Assembly (NCBI GenBank): GCA_034670305.1
Contig: JAXMNT010000013.1
Location: 32,001-96,000 of the forward strand
Direction of reading: 5' to 3'
DNA: 64,000 nucleotides
Source of the DNA: Deltaproteobacteria bacterium
GTDB lineage: Bacteria > Myxococcota_A > Polyangia > Polyangiales > Houyiibacteriaceae
The translations under genes were made by a program, and so were the position numbers. Below are positions 18,226-28,332 of this stretch, in pieces; position 1 is the stretch's first letter; every line of letters begins with the position of its first letter. The notes below the pieces were generated by a model. It was given only the letters and a program-made list of their open reading frames with translations, did no database searches and was not told the DNA's origin.

Positions 18226-20112
18226 TCAATGCCCGCCTCCGCCGGTCGACACCCCCGCCAACCCACTCACCGTCTCGTAGATGGCGAGGCCCGCGCCAGT
18301 GAGCGATTCGCCTGCGACGATGCCCGCGGCCAAGACGATCAAGAAGCGTTTGGTCCACTTGGAGGTCGCCTTGCCGAGACCGACCGCGATGAGTCCGCCG
18401 AGGCACATGCTGACCGCGTAGTTGGCCGGGATGCAGAACGCGAGGCCGATGGCGCTCGGGCTCGGAATCCACTTCGCCACGTGTTTGGGCACGACCTTCT
18501 CGACGATCGCGAGCACGACGCCGACCGCCGCACCGATCGCCATCGCGGTGCCTGCCATGGTCGGCATGTGTTCGATGCCGTCCCGGAAGAGCTCCGCGAC
18601 CGCCTTCCACTGCGCCACGGCGGGCGCGGCCCACTCGTCGGTCAACAGCTGCGTCGACGGATCGGGGATCATCACCAAGTACACCGCGCAGCCGACCGTC
18701 GCGCCGCCCATGACACCGAACATCTGCGCAATGGCTTGGAGCCGTGGCGCCGCGCCGATGAGCGCGCCGGTCTTCATGTCGTGGAGCAAGTCCGCGGTCT
18801 GGCTGGCGGCGCCGCCGGTGACGTTCGCCGCCATGAGGTTGGTGGTCACGCTGCCCGGCGCGATGAGTCCGAACGTCAGCTGCGTCACCTTGCCCATGGC
18901 GCCGACGGGCGTGATGCCGGTCTCGCCCGCCACGCGCCCGGCCACGATCGCGAGCAAGAACGTGAGGAGCACCGCCATCGCGCCGACCCAGATCGGAATG
19001 CCGAAGATGACGAACTGCGACACCGTGCCGAACACCAAGGTCACGAGCAGCGCCGCCACGAACAACTTCCGCGGCACGTCGCCGGCGCGCGACGGGTCCG
19101 AGTCTTCGTCCGTCCCTTCTTCACCCGCGGCGCTCTTCGCGCCCCGCAGGGCCGCGAGCACCGAGCGCCAGGAGAACGCGAACGAGGTCAGGGAGGAACT
19201 CACCATCATCGCGACGCCGGGCCACAACATCCACGGGACCAGCTGCCGGAACCAGCTCCCGTCAGGGTCTTCGAGCACCATCCAGCCGTTGTCGAGCACG
19301 ACCGGGCCCAGCATGCCCCAAGAGGCGATCGCGCCGATCACCATCGAGAGCCCCGCGCGCGGTCCGATGATCGCGCCCACCGCGACCATGAGCGGCGAGG
19401 GGTCGAGCGCGAACGTCAGGTTCTTGAGACTGTAGCCCGCGAGCCCCGACGCACTCCCGGGCGCGGCGGCGATCGAACCGGCGAAGCCGAGTTTGCCGAT
19501 CTCGCCGAACTTGATCGCGAGCTTCGCCCCGGCCCCGAGCGCTCCGCCCACGAGCAGCATGCGCAGCCGGCTCATCGCCTCGGTGCCCTTCGCGTACATC
19601 TGCTTGATCGTCTCGCCCGCCGCGATGCCGTTGGGGAACGGCAGCCGGTCGACGATCAGCATCTGTCGACGCAGGCCCACAGCGACGACGATGCCGATGA
19701 GGCTGACTGCGAACGTCCACAGCGCGAGCACCGGCCACGCGAGTTCTTCGCCGGTCAACATCGCGAGCGCCGGAATCGGTGCGACCAGACCCGCCGAAGA
19801 GATGTTGGCTCCGGCGGAGGCCGCCGTCTGGTTGATGTTGTTCTCGAGCATGCCGAGCGGGCGCGCGCCGGCTTTCTCGAGGCTCTTGAACAGCCCGAAG
19901 CCGATGAGCATCGCGGGGATCGACATGTTGAACCCCCAGCCGATCTTCAAACCCGTGTAGACATTGCAGATCGAGAGCGCGCCACCCAGCACCATACCGG
20001 TGAGGACCGCGCGCACGGTGAGCTGCGGGGCGGTGAGATCCGGGATCGGAAACTCGACCTCGGCTTCGTCGTCGCTGGAATCAGAGTCGGGAGTTTTGCT
20101 GGGTTCGCTCAT
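18226..20112 (-). CDS. OPT-family oligopeptide transporter
   Basis: QLTVRAV, YTGLKIG, ENNINQT, LPFPNGIA, DLLHDMKTG; many TM helices. Confidence 0.93.
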   Translation of the reverse strand: MSEPSKTPDSDSSDDEAEVEFPIPDLTAPQLTVRAVLTGMVLGGALSICNVYTGLKIGWGFNMSIPAMLIGFGLFKSLEKAGARPLGMLENNINQTAASAGANISSAGLVAPIPALAMLTGEELAWPVLALWTFAVSLIGIVVAVGLRRQMLIVDRLPFPNGIAAGETIKQMYAKGTEAMSRLRMLLVGGALGAGAKLAIKFGEIGKLGFAGSIAAAPGSASGLAGYSLKNLTFALDPSPLMVAVGAIIGPRAGLSMVIGAIASWGMLGPVVLDNGWMVLEDPDGSWFRQLVPWMLWPGVAMMVSSSLTSFAFSWRSVLAALRGAKSAAGEEGTDEDSDPSRAGDVPRKLFVAALLVTLVFGTVSQFVIFGIPIWVGAMAVLLTFLLAIVAGRVAGETGITPVGAMGKVTQLTFGLIAPGSVTTNLMAANVTGGAASQTADLLHDMKTGALIGAAPRLQAIAQMFGVMGGATVGCAVYLVMIPDPSTQLLTDEWAAPAVAQWKAVAELFRDGIEHMPTMAGTAMAIGAAVGVVLAIVEKVVPKHVAKWIPSPSAIGLAFCIPANYAVSMCLGGLIAVGLGKATSKWTKRFLIVLAAGIVAGESLTGAGLAIYETVSGLAGVSTGGGGH

Positions 20113-20183
20113 CGCGCGGGCACGGAACCATGCCCGCCCCCGAGCGGCAAGTCACCGACGGCAGTTCGGTTCGACGGTCCGGC

Positions 20184-20825
20184 TCAGGGCGCGGCACGCA
20201 GACGCAGGGTCGTCGAATCCGCGTGCTCGATCTCGAACACCTCGGCCGGCTGCGCTCCAGGGTAACGCAGCGTCAGCGTGGTTCCGCGGATCGACCACGT
20301 GCCTTCTGCGGTGCCATGCCCGTCGTTGGGCGCGAGCACGTTGGTCTGGAAGGTGGCGTCCGAATCCTCGGTGCCGTCGTGGAACGTGAGCGCACGCCGG
20401 AACCGGGAGGGACCGAGGTCGCGGTCGGTGCGCACGAACGTGAGGCCGTCGCGCACGCTCTGGTCGTGTTGCCAGGCGCCGAGGATCACGACGTCGGCCG
20501 AGCAGGTGGGCGCCGGCGGGTTGGCCGGCCCGACGCAGTAGGTGTCCATCATGCATTCGGTCGCGCACGCACCGCCGCTCCAGCTACAGCCCGACTGGGC
20601 CAGGCAAGACTCGCAGTTCGTTTGCGAATCGCACCCACCAGCGTTCTCGGCAACGGCCGGTTCGGCGGCCGGCTCGGTGACCTCGGGTTCGGTGACCGGC
20701 GCGCTGGTGTTCGTCTGGGGTGAACCACAACCGACGACCAGGAAACAGAGGGTCGCGAGACTGCGTTTCGCAGAGACAGCACCGGCTTTCGAGAAACCAG
20801 CGCGGAGTTTCAGAGTGTTGCTCAT
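20184..20825 (-). CDS. Hypothetical lipoprotein with PSI-like Cys motif and lipocalin-like C-terminus
   Basis: Lipobox [20 protein letters not shown]...GTWSI; start uncertain. Confidence 0.6.
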   Translation of the reverse strand: MSNTLKLRAGFSKAGAVSAKRSLATLCFLVVGCGSPQTNTSAPVTEPEVTEPAAEPAVAENAGGCDSQTNCESCLAQSGCSWSGGACATECMMDTYCVGPANPPAPTCSADVVILGAWQHDQSVRDGLTFVRTDRDLGPSRFRRALTFHDGTEDSDATFQTNVLAPNDGHGTAEGTWSIRGTTLTLRYPGAQPAEVFEIEHADSTTLRLRAAP

Positions 20826-21021
20826 GGGGGTTCGACCTCGGGGAAGCGGCACCCTTGGGAGGTGTCCCGCGTTTCGTGCAGGCGGCACCTGCGACGGTCT
20901 TGCGACGACCGCACGGGAGGGGTGCCGCGATTCGCGGGGAGCATGCCACAACGGACCGGACCCGCGCGGGTGACTGGACGGGGTTGACCCCGCGGCGCTC
21001 CGTGCGCACCAGTCCCGAATC

Positions 21022-21123
21022 ATGGTCCGCTCCTCGTCGCTCTCGATCACCGCCGCCACATGCACATGGGTGCACGTGGACGGCGAACCCGTGCTCGCGC
21101 CGCGACGTCACGCCCTCCCCTGA
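21022..21123 (+). CDS. Putative leader peptide (uORF, 33 aa) of the EF-Tu paralog
   Basis: [33 protein letters not shown]-stop; stop codon lies inside the first leader hairpin. Confidence 0.45.
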   Translation: MVRSSSLSITAATCTWVHVDGEPVLAPRRHALP

Positions 21124-21231
21124 TCCGTCCACCGGACGGGAGGGTCCCGGACCCACCCAACGCCCCGCGAACACGCGTTCGTGGGGCGTCTTCGCATGGT
21201 GCGGAGCCGTCCGTCGATCGCGCGTTCGTGG
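21113..21231 (+). promoter_or_regulatory. Attenuator-like leader with alternative hairpins
   Basis: CCCTC..CCGTCC-ACC-GGACGG-GAGGG (21113-21144); 13-bp stem ACGCCCCGCGAAC/GTTCGTGGGGCGT (21160-21189); second CCGTCC at 21207. Confidence 0.55.
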
Positions 21232-21265
21232 CCGAACCGCTCGTCTCATCGAGTGGAGAAGAACC

Positions 21266-22456
21266 ATGAACCAGTTGAAGAAAGACAAGACCCAGAAGCG
21301 CCACGTCAACGTGGGCACCATCGGACACGTCGACCACGGCAAGACCACCCTGACCGCCGCCTTGAGCGCGGTGATGGGTCATCGCCATGGCACGAAGGTT
21401 CACGCCTTCGGTGACATCGACCGTGCGCCCGAAGAGAAGCGGCGCGGCATCACGATCGTCGCGTCCCACGTTCGGTACGAGAGCGGCTCACGCATGTACG
21501 CCCACATCGACTGTCCGGGCCACGCCGACTTCATCAAGAACATGATCGTCGGTGCGTCCCAGATGGACGGCGCGATCTTGCTCGTCGACGGTTCGCAAGG
21601 ACCCCAGGAGCAGACCCGCGAGCACGTGCTCTTGGCGCGACAGCTCGGTGTCGAACACCTGGTGGTCTTCGTGAACAAGGCGGACATCGCCGACCCCGAG
21701 TTCCTCGAACTGGTGGAGCTCGAGATCCACGACCTGCTCGGCGCCCACGGCTACGATGGCGCGCCCATCCTCGTCGGCTCCGCGCTCGCTGCTTTGCAAG
21801 CGTGCGAGCGTGGGGCATTCGACGACGACGCGACGGCGTGCATCGACCACCTGGTCGAGACGCTCGACACGTTCATCCCCGACCCCGACCGGGACCGGGA
21901 AGGCCCCTTCCTCATGCCGATCGAGGGGGTGCACTCGATCAAGGGCCTCGGCACGGTCATCACTGGCTGCGTCGAGCGCGGGCTCTTGCGGGTCGGCGAC
22001 TCCGTCGAGCTCGTCGGCGGTACCGACGCGTCCCCGGTCGTCATCAAGGGCATCCAGGCGTTCCACGCCGACGTGCCTGCGGCGGAGGCCGGACTGAACG
22101 TCGGCATCTTGCTGCGCGGCGTCGACAAAGACGCCGTGCAGCGCGGTCAGGTCGCGGTGACGCCGGGTTCGGTCCGGCCTCATTCGGCTGCGGAGGCGGA
22201 GATCTTCTTGCTCGACGCCGCCGATGGCGGACGGCACACCCCGGTGCGCAGCGGCTACATGCCGCAGCTCTGGTTCGGTGCCACCGACGTCACGGCCAGT
22301 CTGGACCTCGGCGAAGGCGTGCTGCTCGACCCGGGCGCCCGCGGCACGGTGGAGCTCGTACTCCAGCGTGCGGTCGCGATGGAAGCGGGCATGCGCTTCG
22401 CCATTCGAGAAGGCAGCCGCACCGTCGGCGCCGGCATCGTTCAACGGGTCTGGTAG
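21266..22456 (+). CDS. tuf: Divergent elongation factor Tu paralog (Tuf3-like), 396 aa
   Basis: ATG after [46 protein letters not shown]. Confidence 0.95.
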   Translation: MNQLKKDKTQKRHVNVGTIGHVDHGKTTLTAALSAVMGHRHGTKVHAFGDIDRAPEEKRRGITIVASHVRYESGSRMYAHIDCPGHADFIKNMIVGASQMDGAILLVDGSQGPQEQTREHVLLARQLGVEHLVVFVNKADIADPEFLELVELEIHDLLGAHGYDGAPILVGSALAALQACERGAFDDDATACIDHLVETLDTFIPDPDRDREGPFLMPIEGVHSIKGLGTVITGCVERGLLRVGDSVELVGGTDASPVVIKGIQAFHADVPAAEAGLNVGILLRGVDKDAVQRGQVAVTPGSVRPHSAAEAEIFLLDAADGGRHTPVRSGYMPQLWFGATDVTASLDLGEGVLLDPGARGTVELVLQRAVAMEAGMRFAIREGSRTVGAGIVQRVW

Positions 22457-22518
22457 TTGGAGAGAGGAAGGCCGGGTGGAGCCACGCGCTCCGCCCGGCC
22501 TTCGCTCCGTCCGGCGCC

Positions 22519-22658
22519 GCTTCTGCTTCTGCTTCTGCTTCTGCTTCTGCTTCTGCTTCTGCTTCTGCTTCTGCTTCTGCTCCTGCTTCTGCTTCTGCTT
22601 CTGCTTCTGCTTCTGCTTCGGTATCCGCATCCGTTTCGCAGTCCGCTTCCAGTTCCAT
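22519..22658. repeat. Hexamer tandem repeat (GCTTCT) x~17 with degenerate tail
   Basis: Directly visible. Confidence 0.95.
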
Positions 22659-22694
22659 CTGGCGCGGACCGGACACGCGCGGCACATTCCCGGC

Positions 22695-23279
22695 ATGGGT
22701 GACTTGCAGGCTGTTCTCACCGCGATCGATGCACGCAATGCGGCCGACCCCCGAAGCGAGGTCGTGGACGGAGTGTCGCATCCGAAGGAGCTGCTCTACG
22801 GGCGGCGCATGAGTGCCCGCCTCGCGGACTTCGAGCCCGATGCATCCGAGCCGCTCCAGATCGCGGCGCGCGCCCAGCACGTGGAGCGTTGGACCGTGCC
22901 GCGGACCGACTTCCCAGAGGGCCGGGCCGGCTATCTGAAGTGGCGGCACCACCTCTACGGGGTGCACGCGGACATCGCGTGCGCGGTGATGCAAGCGCAC
23001 GGCTACGGCGGTCCGGACACCGACCGGGTCCAGACGTTGCTCCGGAAGAAGGGGCGCGCGCAGGACGCCGAGGTCCAGTCCCTCGAAGACGTCATCTGTC
23101 TCGTATTTCTCGAGTTCGAGTTCGCGCCCTTCGCTGCGAAACACCCCGAAGAGAAGGTCGTTGACATCCTTCGAAAGACGTGGCCGAAGATGAGCGCCCG
23201 CGGACACGAGGCGGCACTGGCGATCGACCTTGGTGAACTCGCACCGCTCGTTCAGACCGCCCTCGCATCCGCCGACTAG
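22695..23279 (+). CDS. DUF4202-family (HD-like) protein
   Basis: IDARNAADP, ELLYGRRM, AARAQHVERW, GYLKWR, QSLEDVICLVFL, KTWPKMS. Confidence 0.85.
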   Translation: MGDLQAVLTAIDARNAADPRSEVVDGVSHPKELLYGRRMSARLADFEPDASEPLQIAARAQHVERWTVPRTDFPEGRAGYLKWRHHLYGVHADIACAVMQAHGYGGPDTDRVQTLLRKKGRAQDAEVQSLEDVICLVFLEFEFAPFAAKHPEEKVVDILRKTWPKMSARGHEAALAIDLGELAPLVQTALASAD

Positions 23280-25207
23280 AGCGCGGGACAGTCGGTCGCC
23301 GACGAAGGCACGGTCGGGGTGCCGGTCGCCTGCAAGGTCTCGAGGAAGCAGCGGTACTGGGCTTTCGGGAGGTCGTTCTGGAACGCGACCTCGTGGCCAT
23401 CTTCGATTCCGTCTTCGAGGTGCTGGGTCACCACGCGGGTGACGGTGTCTTGGTTGCCGGCCGCCGGCAGCGACACCCGGTCGCCGAGGGAGTATGGGAG
23501 CACCGAATCCAGAGATCGAAACGCGTCGAGCCGCGCTTCGGCCGCGTCGAGCGATTCTCCGCCGAGGTCGAGGCCGAGCGAGACGCTGGTCGCGTTGGCC
23601 ATTGGCGGGAGAATGTAGGTGTCGACGATTCCTTGCAGCATCAGCACGTGCACGCCGTTGTCTCGAATCGCGTCGCCGAACACCGGCGGGTCCGCGGATT
23701 CCCCCGCCCATTGAAGCAACATCAAGGACGGGTCGTGTTCGTGCAGTTGGTGGCGGCCACTGATGCGCAGCAAGAGCTCCGCGATGGGCCGCACCGCGAG
23801 CGGGCTCTCCTTGTGCACGACGTTCGCGATCCAACTGCCGCCCGCACCGCTCAAGATCGCACCACGGAACTTCGGCTCCACCGCGAGCGCGAGCGGGGCG
23901 ATGGTGGCCCCCATCGAATGACCCATCAGCGTGAGGTTCGTGGTGTCGAACCGCGCCGCTTCTGCGCCGGACCCCTCGCACCCCGTCGCGTCGAGGACCA
24001 CATCGTCGAGCAGGTGCGCGGCGAGCACCAACTCGAGCGCGGACTGACGGATGTTGTCGAGCATCGCGGGCGGGTTGGTGAAGTTGAAGATGAGAAGCTG
24101 CTCGTCGGAACCGGCCGGGTTGCGGATGCCGCCGTGCGGTCCGTCGATGCTCGCGCCGGCCCAGCCGACGTCGGCGAACTCCCGCGCGGGACCGCTGCCC
24201 GCTTCCACTGGAACACCGGTCTCGTCGCGTACGCCACGGTCGATGAGCGGGCGATCGCCTCCGCCGCCGGTGCGGCTGAAGAGCACGACGGGGTACCCGC
24301 CGCCGGGCATGGCGGTTCGGGGGATCGTCACGAAGAAACGGGCCTGCTCTTCGCCCACGCGTTGCGGCACATCGTCGACGAACGCGATGCGGCCGCCCTC
24401 GGTGCTGAACGGTGGCTCGCCCGCTTGGTAGGTCGGCATCGCGACCGCACTCTCGTACACGCAGAAGTTCGAGTGGGTCTCGAGCAACTCGAACGACGCC
24501 ACCACAGGCCGCGGTTCTTCGAGCACCGCCGCCGCGAGCGCCCGCATGGGCGCGACCGGATCCTGGGTGCGAAACACCGTGAGCCCCGCGATGTCCGCGA
24601 TGCCGCGCGCTTCGAGCGTGGACAAGGCCGTCTCGAACATCGCACGCGCGTGTCCGGGCAGGCGCCCCGTGTCGCGCACGCTCGGGTGCACCGCCAAGGC
24701 ATGACCCTCGGCATCGAGGATGGAAGTGCGCAACACCGCCGCGTAGACCGCGTTCGGCGCGAGCGGACGTCCTTGGAGCGGCAGGATCGAGAGCAGGTTG
24801 TCTGCGCCGAACGGCCCGCCGTCCTCTCGGAACCGAACCTCGATCGGATGCGACGGGTCGGGCGCATCGATGCGGACCAACAAGACCGGCGCGTCTTCGG
24901 TCGACTCGTCGTAGGACTGCTCGACGTCCGGATGCAGGGGCGCGTCCGTGGTGAAGAAGATCGAAGAGGTCGTGCCGGCGCCGGTGGGCGCTTCGAGCAG
25001 GCCGAAGAGCGAGGTCATGAACCCTGCGCCGGTGGTCGGGAAGCCCACGACGGCGTGCGCGTCCCGGGCTTCGCTCGGGAGCGGGGCGGCGAAGAAGTCT
25101 TCGCCGACGAGATCGAACTCCATCCGAACCTGCGTGCCGGTCACGTCGTCACCGCACGAGACACCGAGCGCGGCGAGGATCAGAAGCACGGTGATCCTCG
25201 CGCGCAT
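23276..25207 (-). CDS. Secreted alpha/beta-hydrolase lipoprotein (lipase-like)
   Basis: Lipobox GVSC; GHSMG nucleophile elbow; DGPHGG; C-terminal GHEV. Confidence 0.8.
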   Translation of the reverse strand: MRARITVLLILAALGVSCGDDVTGTQVRMEFDLVGEDFFAAPLPSEARDAHAVVGFPTTGAGFMTSLFGLLEAPTGAGTTSSIFFTTDAPLHPDVEQSYDESTEDAPVLLVRIDAPDPSHPIEVRFREDGGPFGADNLLSILPLQGRPLAPNAVYAAVLRTSILDAEGHALAVHPSVRDTGRLPGHARAMFETALSTLEARGIADIAGLTVFRTQDPVAPMRALAAAVLEEPRPVVASFELLETHSNFCVYESAVAMPTYQAGEPPFSTEGGRIAFVDDVPQRVGEEQARFFVTIPRTAMPGGGYPVVLFSRTGGGGDRPLIDRGVRDETGVPVEAGSGPAREFADVGWAGASIDGPHGGIRNPAGSDEQLLIFNFTNPPAMLDNIRQSALELVLAAHLLDDVVLDATGCEGSGAEAARFDTTNLTLMGHSMGATIAPLALAVEPKFRGAILSGAGGSWIANVVHKESPLAVRPIAELLLRISGRHQLHEHDPSLMLLQWAGESADPPVFGDAIRDNGVHVLMLQGIVDTYILPPMANATSVSLGLDLGGESLDAAEARLDAFRSLDSVLPYSLGDRVSLPAAGNQDTVTRVVTQHLEDGIEDGHEVAFQNDLPKAQYRCFLETLQATGTPTVPSSATDCPAL

Positions 25208-25223
25208 GCGACGAGCGTGCACC

Positions 25224-25883
25224 CTACGAAGCCGCCCACGCAACCGACGCGCCCGCCCAGACGAACATCGCGAACGCGCGGTACAGAAGTCGCCGAACCG
25301 CCCGGCGTCCATCGAGCTTCAGGGGACCCTGCGCCAGGCCCACGGCTCGACCGGTTCGGTAGGGGCCGTCGGCTTGTTCTGGGATCGACACCCCACGCAG
25401 CGTAAGGGGGTCCCCGACCGCGCATCCGGTCGGCAACTCCGAGAGCGGAAAGGATCGGTCGTGGGTCGCGAGGACGAGCGCCCCCTCGCGCTCCACGATG
25501 TAGCCGGTGCTCCACCCGGAGAGGCGATGGGCCAGTAGCACGTGGACCAGCGCCCCCACCGCCGCCGCGATGGCGCCGACCCAGATCACGCCGCGGGCGC
25601 CGTGCCAGTCAAAGAACCAAGCCACGGGGAACGCCGCCCAAAAGAACCACACCGGACGGTACGTCAGCGCGACCAGACCGGACGCGGCGGTCACCAACCG
25701 GTAGAGCAGGAACAGCGCGACGAGCGCGAGCGGCGAGGCCACATAGCCGAGGCGCGCGACGATGAGCCAGGCGGCGGCGCCGATGGGCCAGAGTCCGAGG
25801 AAGTCGATCGCGAGAAGCAGCCGCCCGAGCTCGGTCTTGAGTTCCCGTCCCACGTCCACAGGGTGCCCAGCTGCACGCGACAT
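25224..25883 (-). CDS. Hypothetical membrane protein
   Basis: Several TM helices; GPYR motif common in myxobacterial membrane proteins; start uncertain. Confidence 0.6.
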   Translation of the reverse strand: MSRAAGHPVDVGRELKTELGRLLLAIDFLGLWPIGAAAWLIVARLGYVASPLALVALFLLYRLVTAASGLVALTYRPVWFFWAAFPVAWFFDWHGARGVIWVGAIAAAVGALVHVLLAHRLSGWSTGYIVEREGALVLATHDRSFPLSELPTGCAVGDPLTLRGVSIPEQADGPYRTGRAVGLAQGPLKLDGRRAVRRLLYRAFAMFVWAGASVAWAAS

Positions 25884-25953
25884 GGCCACAGAGAAGCGCG
25901 GCGAGGGAATGGTGGGGTCTCGGTGGGGCGTACATTGGGTCGATGAGGTCCCG

Positions 25954-26544
25954 ATGAACCGAGTGGTCGACGTGGTCTTCGGGCTGGGCGGCAGCGCCGC
26001 GTTCGCACCGGCCCAGGCGGTGATCGCGGCGCTCCTCGTGTTGGAGGACGGCGGGCCGGTGCTCTTCACCCAAGAGCGGGTGGGCCAGGGCCGGGTGCCC
26101 TTTCGGATCTACAAACTCCGCACCATGCGCGACGGGCAGGTCACGCGTGTGGGGCGCTGGCTCCGCAGCACTGGCATCGACGAGACGCTCCAGTTCTGGA
26201 ACGTGCTCCGAGGAGAGATGAGCTTCGTCGGCCCGCGGCCCCTCACCGAACCCGACATCGTGCGACTCGGCTACGACGTCGCCGGCAAGGATCAACGCTT
26301 CTCGGTGAAACCGGGAATCACTGGCCTGGCGCAGGTGGTTGGAGGTCGCAGTGCCCGCCACACCCGAGCCCTCGACGCGCTGTACGCGAGGCGCGCCTCC
26401 CTCCGACTCGACGTCGAGCTCGTGGCCATCTCCTTCGCGATGAACCTATTCGGCAAGAAGCGCGTGCGGGGATGGTTGTTCGAGCGAAGCGCTCGACCCG
26501 CACCTTCTGTTGCAACCGGGGCCGCTGCGGCCTCCACGAGATGA
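25954..26544 (+). CDS. Small monotopic phosphoglycosyl transferase (Bac_transf sugar transferase)
   Basis: FTQERVG, FRIYKLRTM, IDETLQFWNVLRGEMSFVGPRP, KPGITGLAQV. Confidence 0.93.
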   Translation: MNRVVDVVFGLGGSAAFAPAQAVIAALLVLEDGGPVLFTQERVGQGRVPFRIYKLRTMRDGQVTRVGRWLRSTGIDETLQFWNVLRGEMSFVGPRPLTEPDIVRLGYDVAGKDQRFSVKPGITGLAQVVGGRSARHTRALDALYARRASLRLDVELVAISFAMNLFGKKRVRGWLFERSARPAPSVATGAAAASTR

Positions 26545-28100
26545 CGATGATCGACTTCGACGCCCCATTCCGGGATCCGATCCGTACCCGCACCCTGCCC
26601 GCCGCGATGCGGGTACCCCCCGAGCTGCCCGCACTGCGCGGCGCACCTGTGCCTCGGAGCGCGTGGCTGATCAACCCGTTCTATCCCAAGGACCCCCACG
26701 CCAGTTTCGGCAAACATGTTCTGACGCCGACCCTCGCGTTGACGAGCGTCGCGGCCGCGACACCGGCGGACTGGGCCGTGCGGTATTGGGACGAGAACCT
26801 GCTGCTCGGGCAGCTCGAAGGCGAGACCCCGGCCGTGGTCGGGATCACCGTGCACCTCACGTTCGCGCGGCGTGCGTTCGAGCTCGCCGACCACTTCCGC
26901 GCGGCCGGCAGCAAGGTCGTGCTCGGTGGACTGCACGTGCTCTCGTGTCCGGACGAGTGTGCGCCGCACGCGGACGCGCTGGTGGTGGGCGAAGGCGTCG
27001 CGGTCTGGCCCACCGTGCTCGCCGACATGGAGGCGGGCGTGCTGAAGCCTCGATACCACGCGGACTTCGACGGCGCGTACCGCGAAGACCCCGCACCGCG
27101 GCGCGACCTCCTTCCGCGGAGGAGCTTTCTGACCACGACGAGCCTCAACGCGACCCGCGGTTGCCACAACCGGTGCGGGTTCTGCTACCTCGCCACCGAC
27201 GGATTGCGCATGCCCTACCGCATGCGCGACCCGCAGCAGATCGCGGCGGAGATCGAAGCGGACGGACAGCCCTACGTCGTCTTCACGGACAACAACCTCG
27301 GGTCGTCCAAGCGCTACCTCCATGCACTCTGCAAAGCGATCGAACCGCTCGACATCATCTGGAGCGCCGCGGTCACGATCGACGTGACCGATGATCCCGC
27401 GCTCGTGCTCGCCATGGCGCGGAGCGGATGCAGTGGGGTGTTCATCGGGTTCGAGTCGTTGACGGATGAGAACCTCGAAGACGCGCGCAAGAAGACGCCG
27501 CGGGTGGACGACTACGCGCGGCGCATCGCGCTCTTGCACGACCACGGCATCCAAGTGAACGGCAGCTTCGTGCTCGGCTTCGACCACGACCGCAAAGACG
27601 CGTTCGCCCGGCTCGCGGACTTCGTCGAGTCGCAGCGCATGGAGTGCGCGACCTACCACATCCTGACGCCCTACCCGGGCACGCCGCTCTTCCGCGAGAT
27701 GGCATCCGAAGGGCGGCTTCTCCACCGAGACTGGGAGAAGTACGACACCGCCCACGTCGTCTTTCGACCGAAACACATGACAGCCGAAGAGCTCGCCCGC
27801 GGGTACGCCTGGCTCTACCAGCGCACGTTCAGCAACGCCTCGATCTGGGCCCGCCGCCCGGACGACCTGCGCGCGCTCCCGCCCTACCTCGCGATGGCCT
27901 ACCTCTACAAACGCTCCAACCCGCTGTGGCAGATGCTCATCCAAAAGCGGCTCACCCAGTGGGCCTGGCGCCCGCTCGTAGAACTCACCCGCCTCCGCCA
28001 CCTCCGCTTCCGCCGCACCCTGCCGGACGCCCACGCGCCAGAAGCCGGCGCCAAGGCCGTGGCCAAGACCTCCCGCCTCCCAATCTACGCAAGCGTGTAG
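26541..28100 (+). CDS. B12-binding-domain radical SAM protein
   Basis: VVLGGLH, VGEG, TRGCHNRCGFC, IGFES, TPYPGTP; ATGA overlap. Confidence 0.93.
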   Translation: MTMIDFDAPFRDPIRTRTLPAAMRVPPELPALRGAPVPRSAWLINPFYPKDPHASFGKHVLTPTLALTSVAAATPADWAVRYWDENLLLGQLEGETPAVVGITVHLTFARRAFELADHFRAAGSKVVLGGLHVLSCPDECAPHADALVVGEGVAVWPTVLADMEAGVLKPRYHADFDGAYREDPAPRRDLLPRRSFLTTTSLNATRGCHNRCGFCYLATDGLRMPYRMRDPQQIAAEIEADGQPYVVFTDNNLGSSKRYLHALCKAIEPLDIIWSAAVTIDVTDDPALVLAMARSGCSGVFIGFESLTDENLEDARKKTPRVDDYARRIALLHDHGIQVNGSFVLGFDHDRKDAFARLADFVESQRMECATYHILTPYPGTPLFREMASEGRLLHRDWEKYDTAHVVFRPKHMTAEELARGYAWLYQRTFSNASIWARRPDDLRALPPYLAMAYLYKRSNPLWQMLIQKRLTQWAWRPLVELTRLRHLRFRRTLPDAHAPEAGAKAVAKTSRLPIYASV

Positions 28101-28248
28101 CGGCGGAAGCGGAATCGGAAGCGGAAGCAGGATTCGGATTCGGATTCGGATTCGGATTCGGATTCGGCTTCGGATTCGGCTTCGGCTTCGGCTCTGGCGT
28201 CGGTTTCGGATCCGCGGGCAAGGGCAGGGGCAAGGGCAAGGGCAAGGG
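28101..28248. repeat. Period-6 quasi-palindromic repeat tract (GGAAGC/GGAATC, GGATTC/GGCTTC, GGCAAG units)
   Basis: Directly visible. Confidence 0.9.
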
Positions 28249-28332
28249 ACCGTATGAATTCTGCTGGCTCTTCTTCGGCCCTCCCTACCATCTGGTAGAC
28301 AAACGGCGACCGTGCGGTAGGGTGCTCCGCAC

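Noticed and set aside
21060-21269. 69-aa ORF overlapping the tuf start (ATGA)
   Set aside because: No RBS, non-coding-like composition, runs through the leader hairpins; the 21022 uORF fits better, though this one is not fully excluded
22224-22738. Poly-FC, poly-QK, poly-L and poly-AE proteins
   Set aside because: Translations of the GCTTCT tract in stop-free frames
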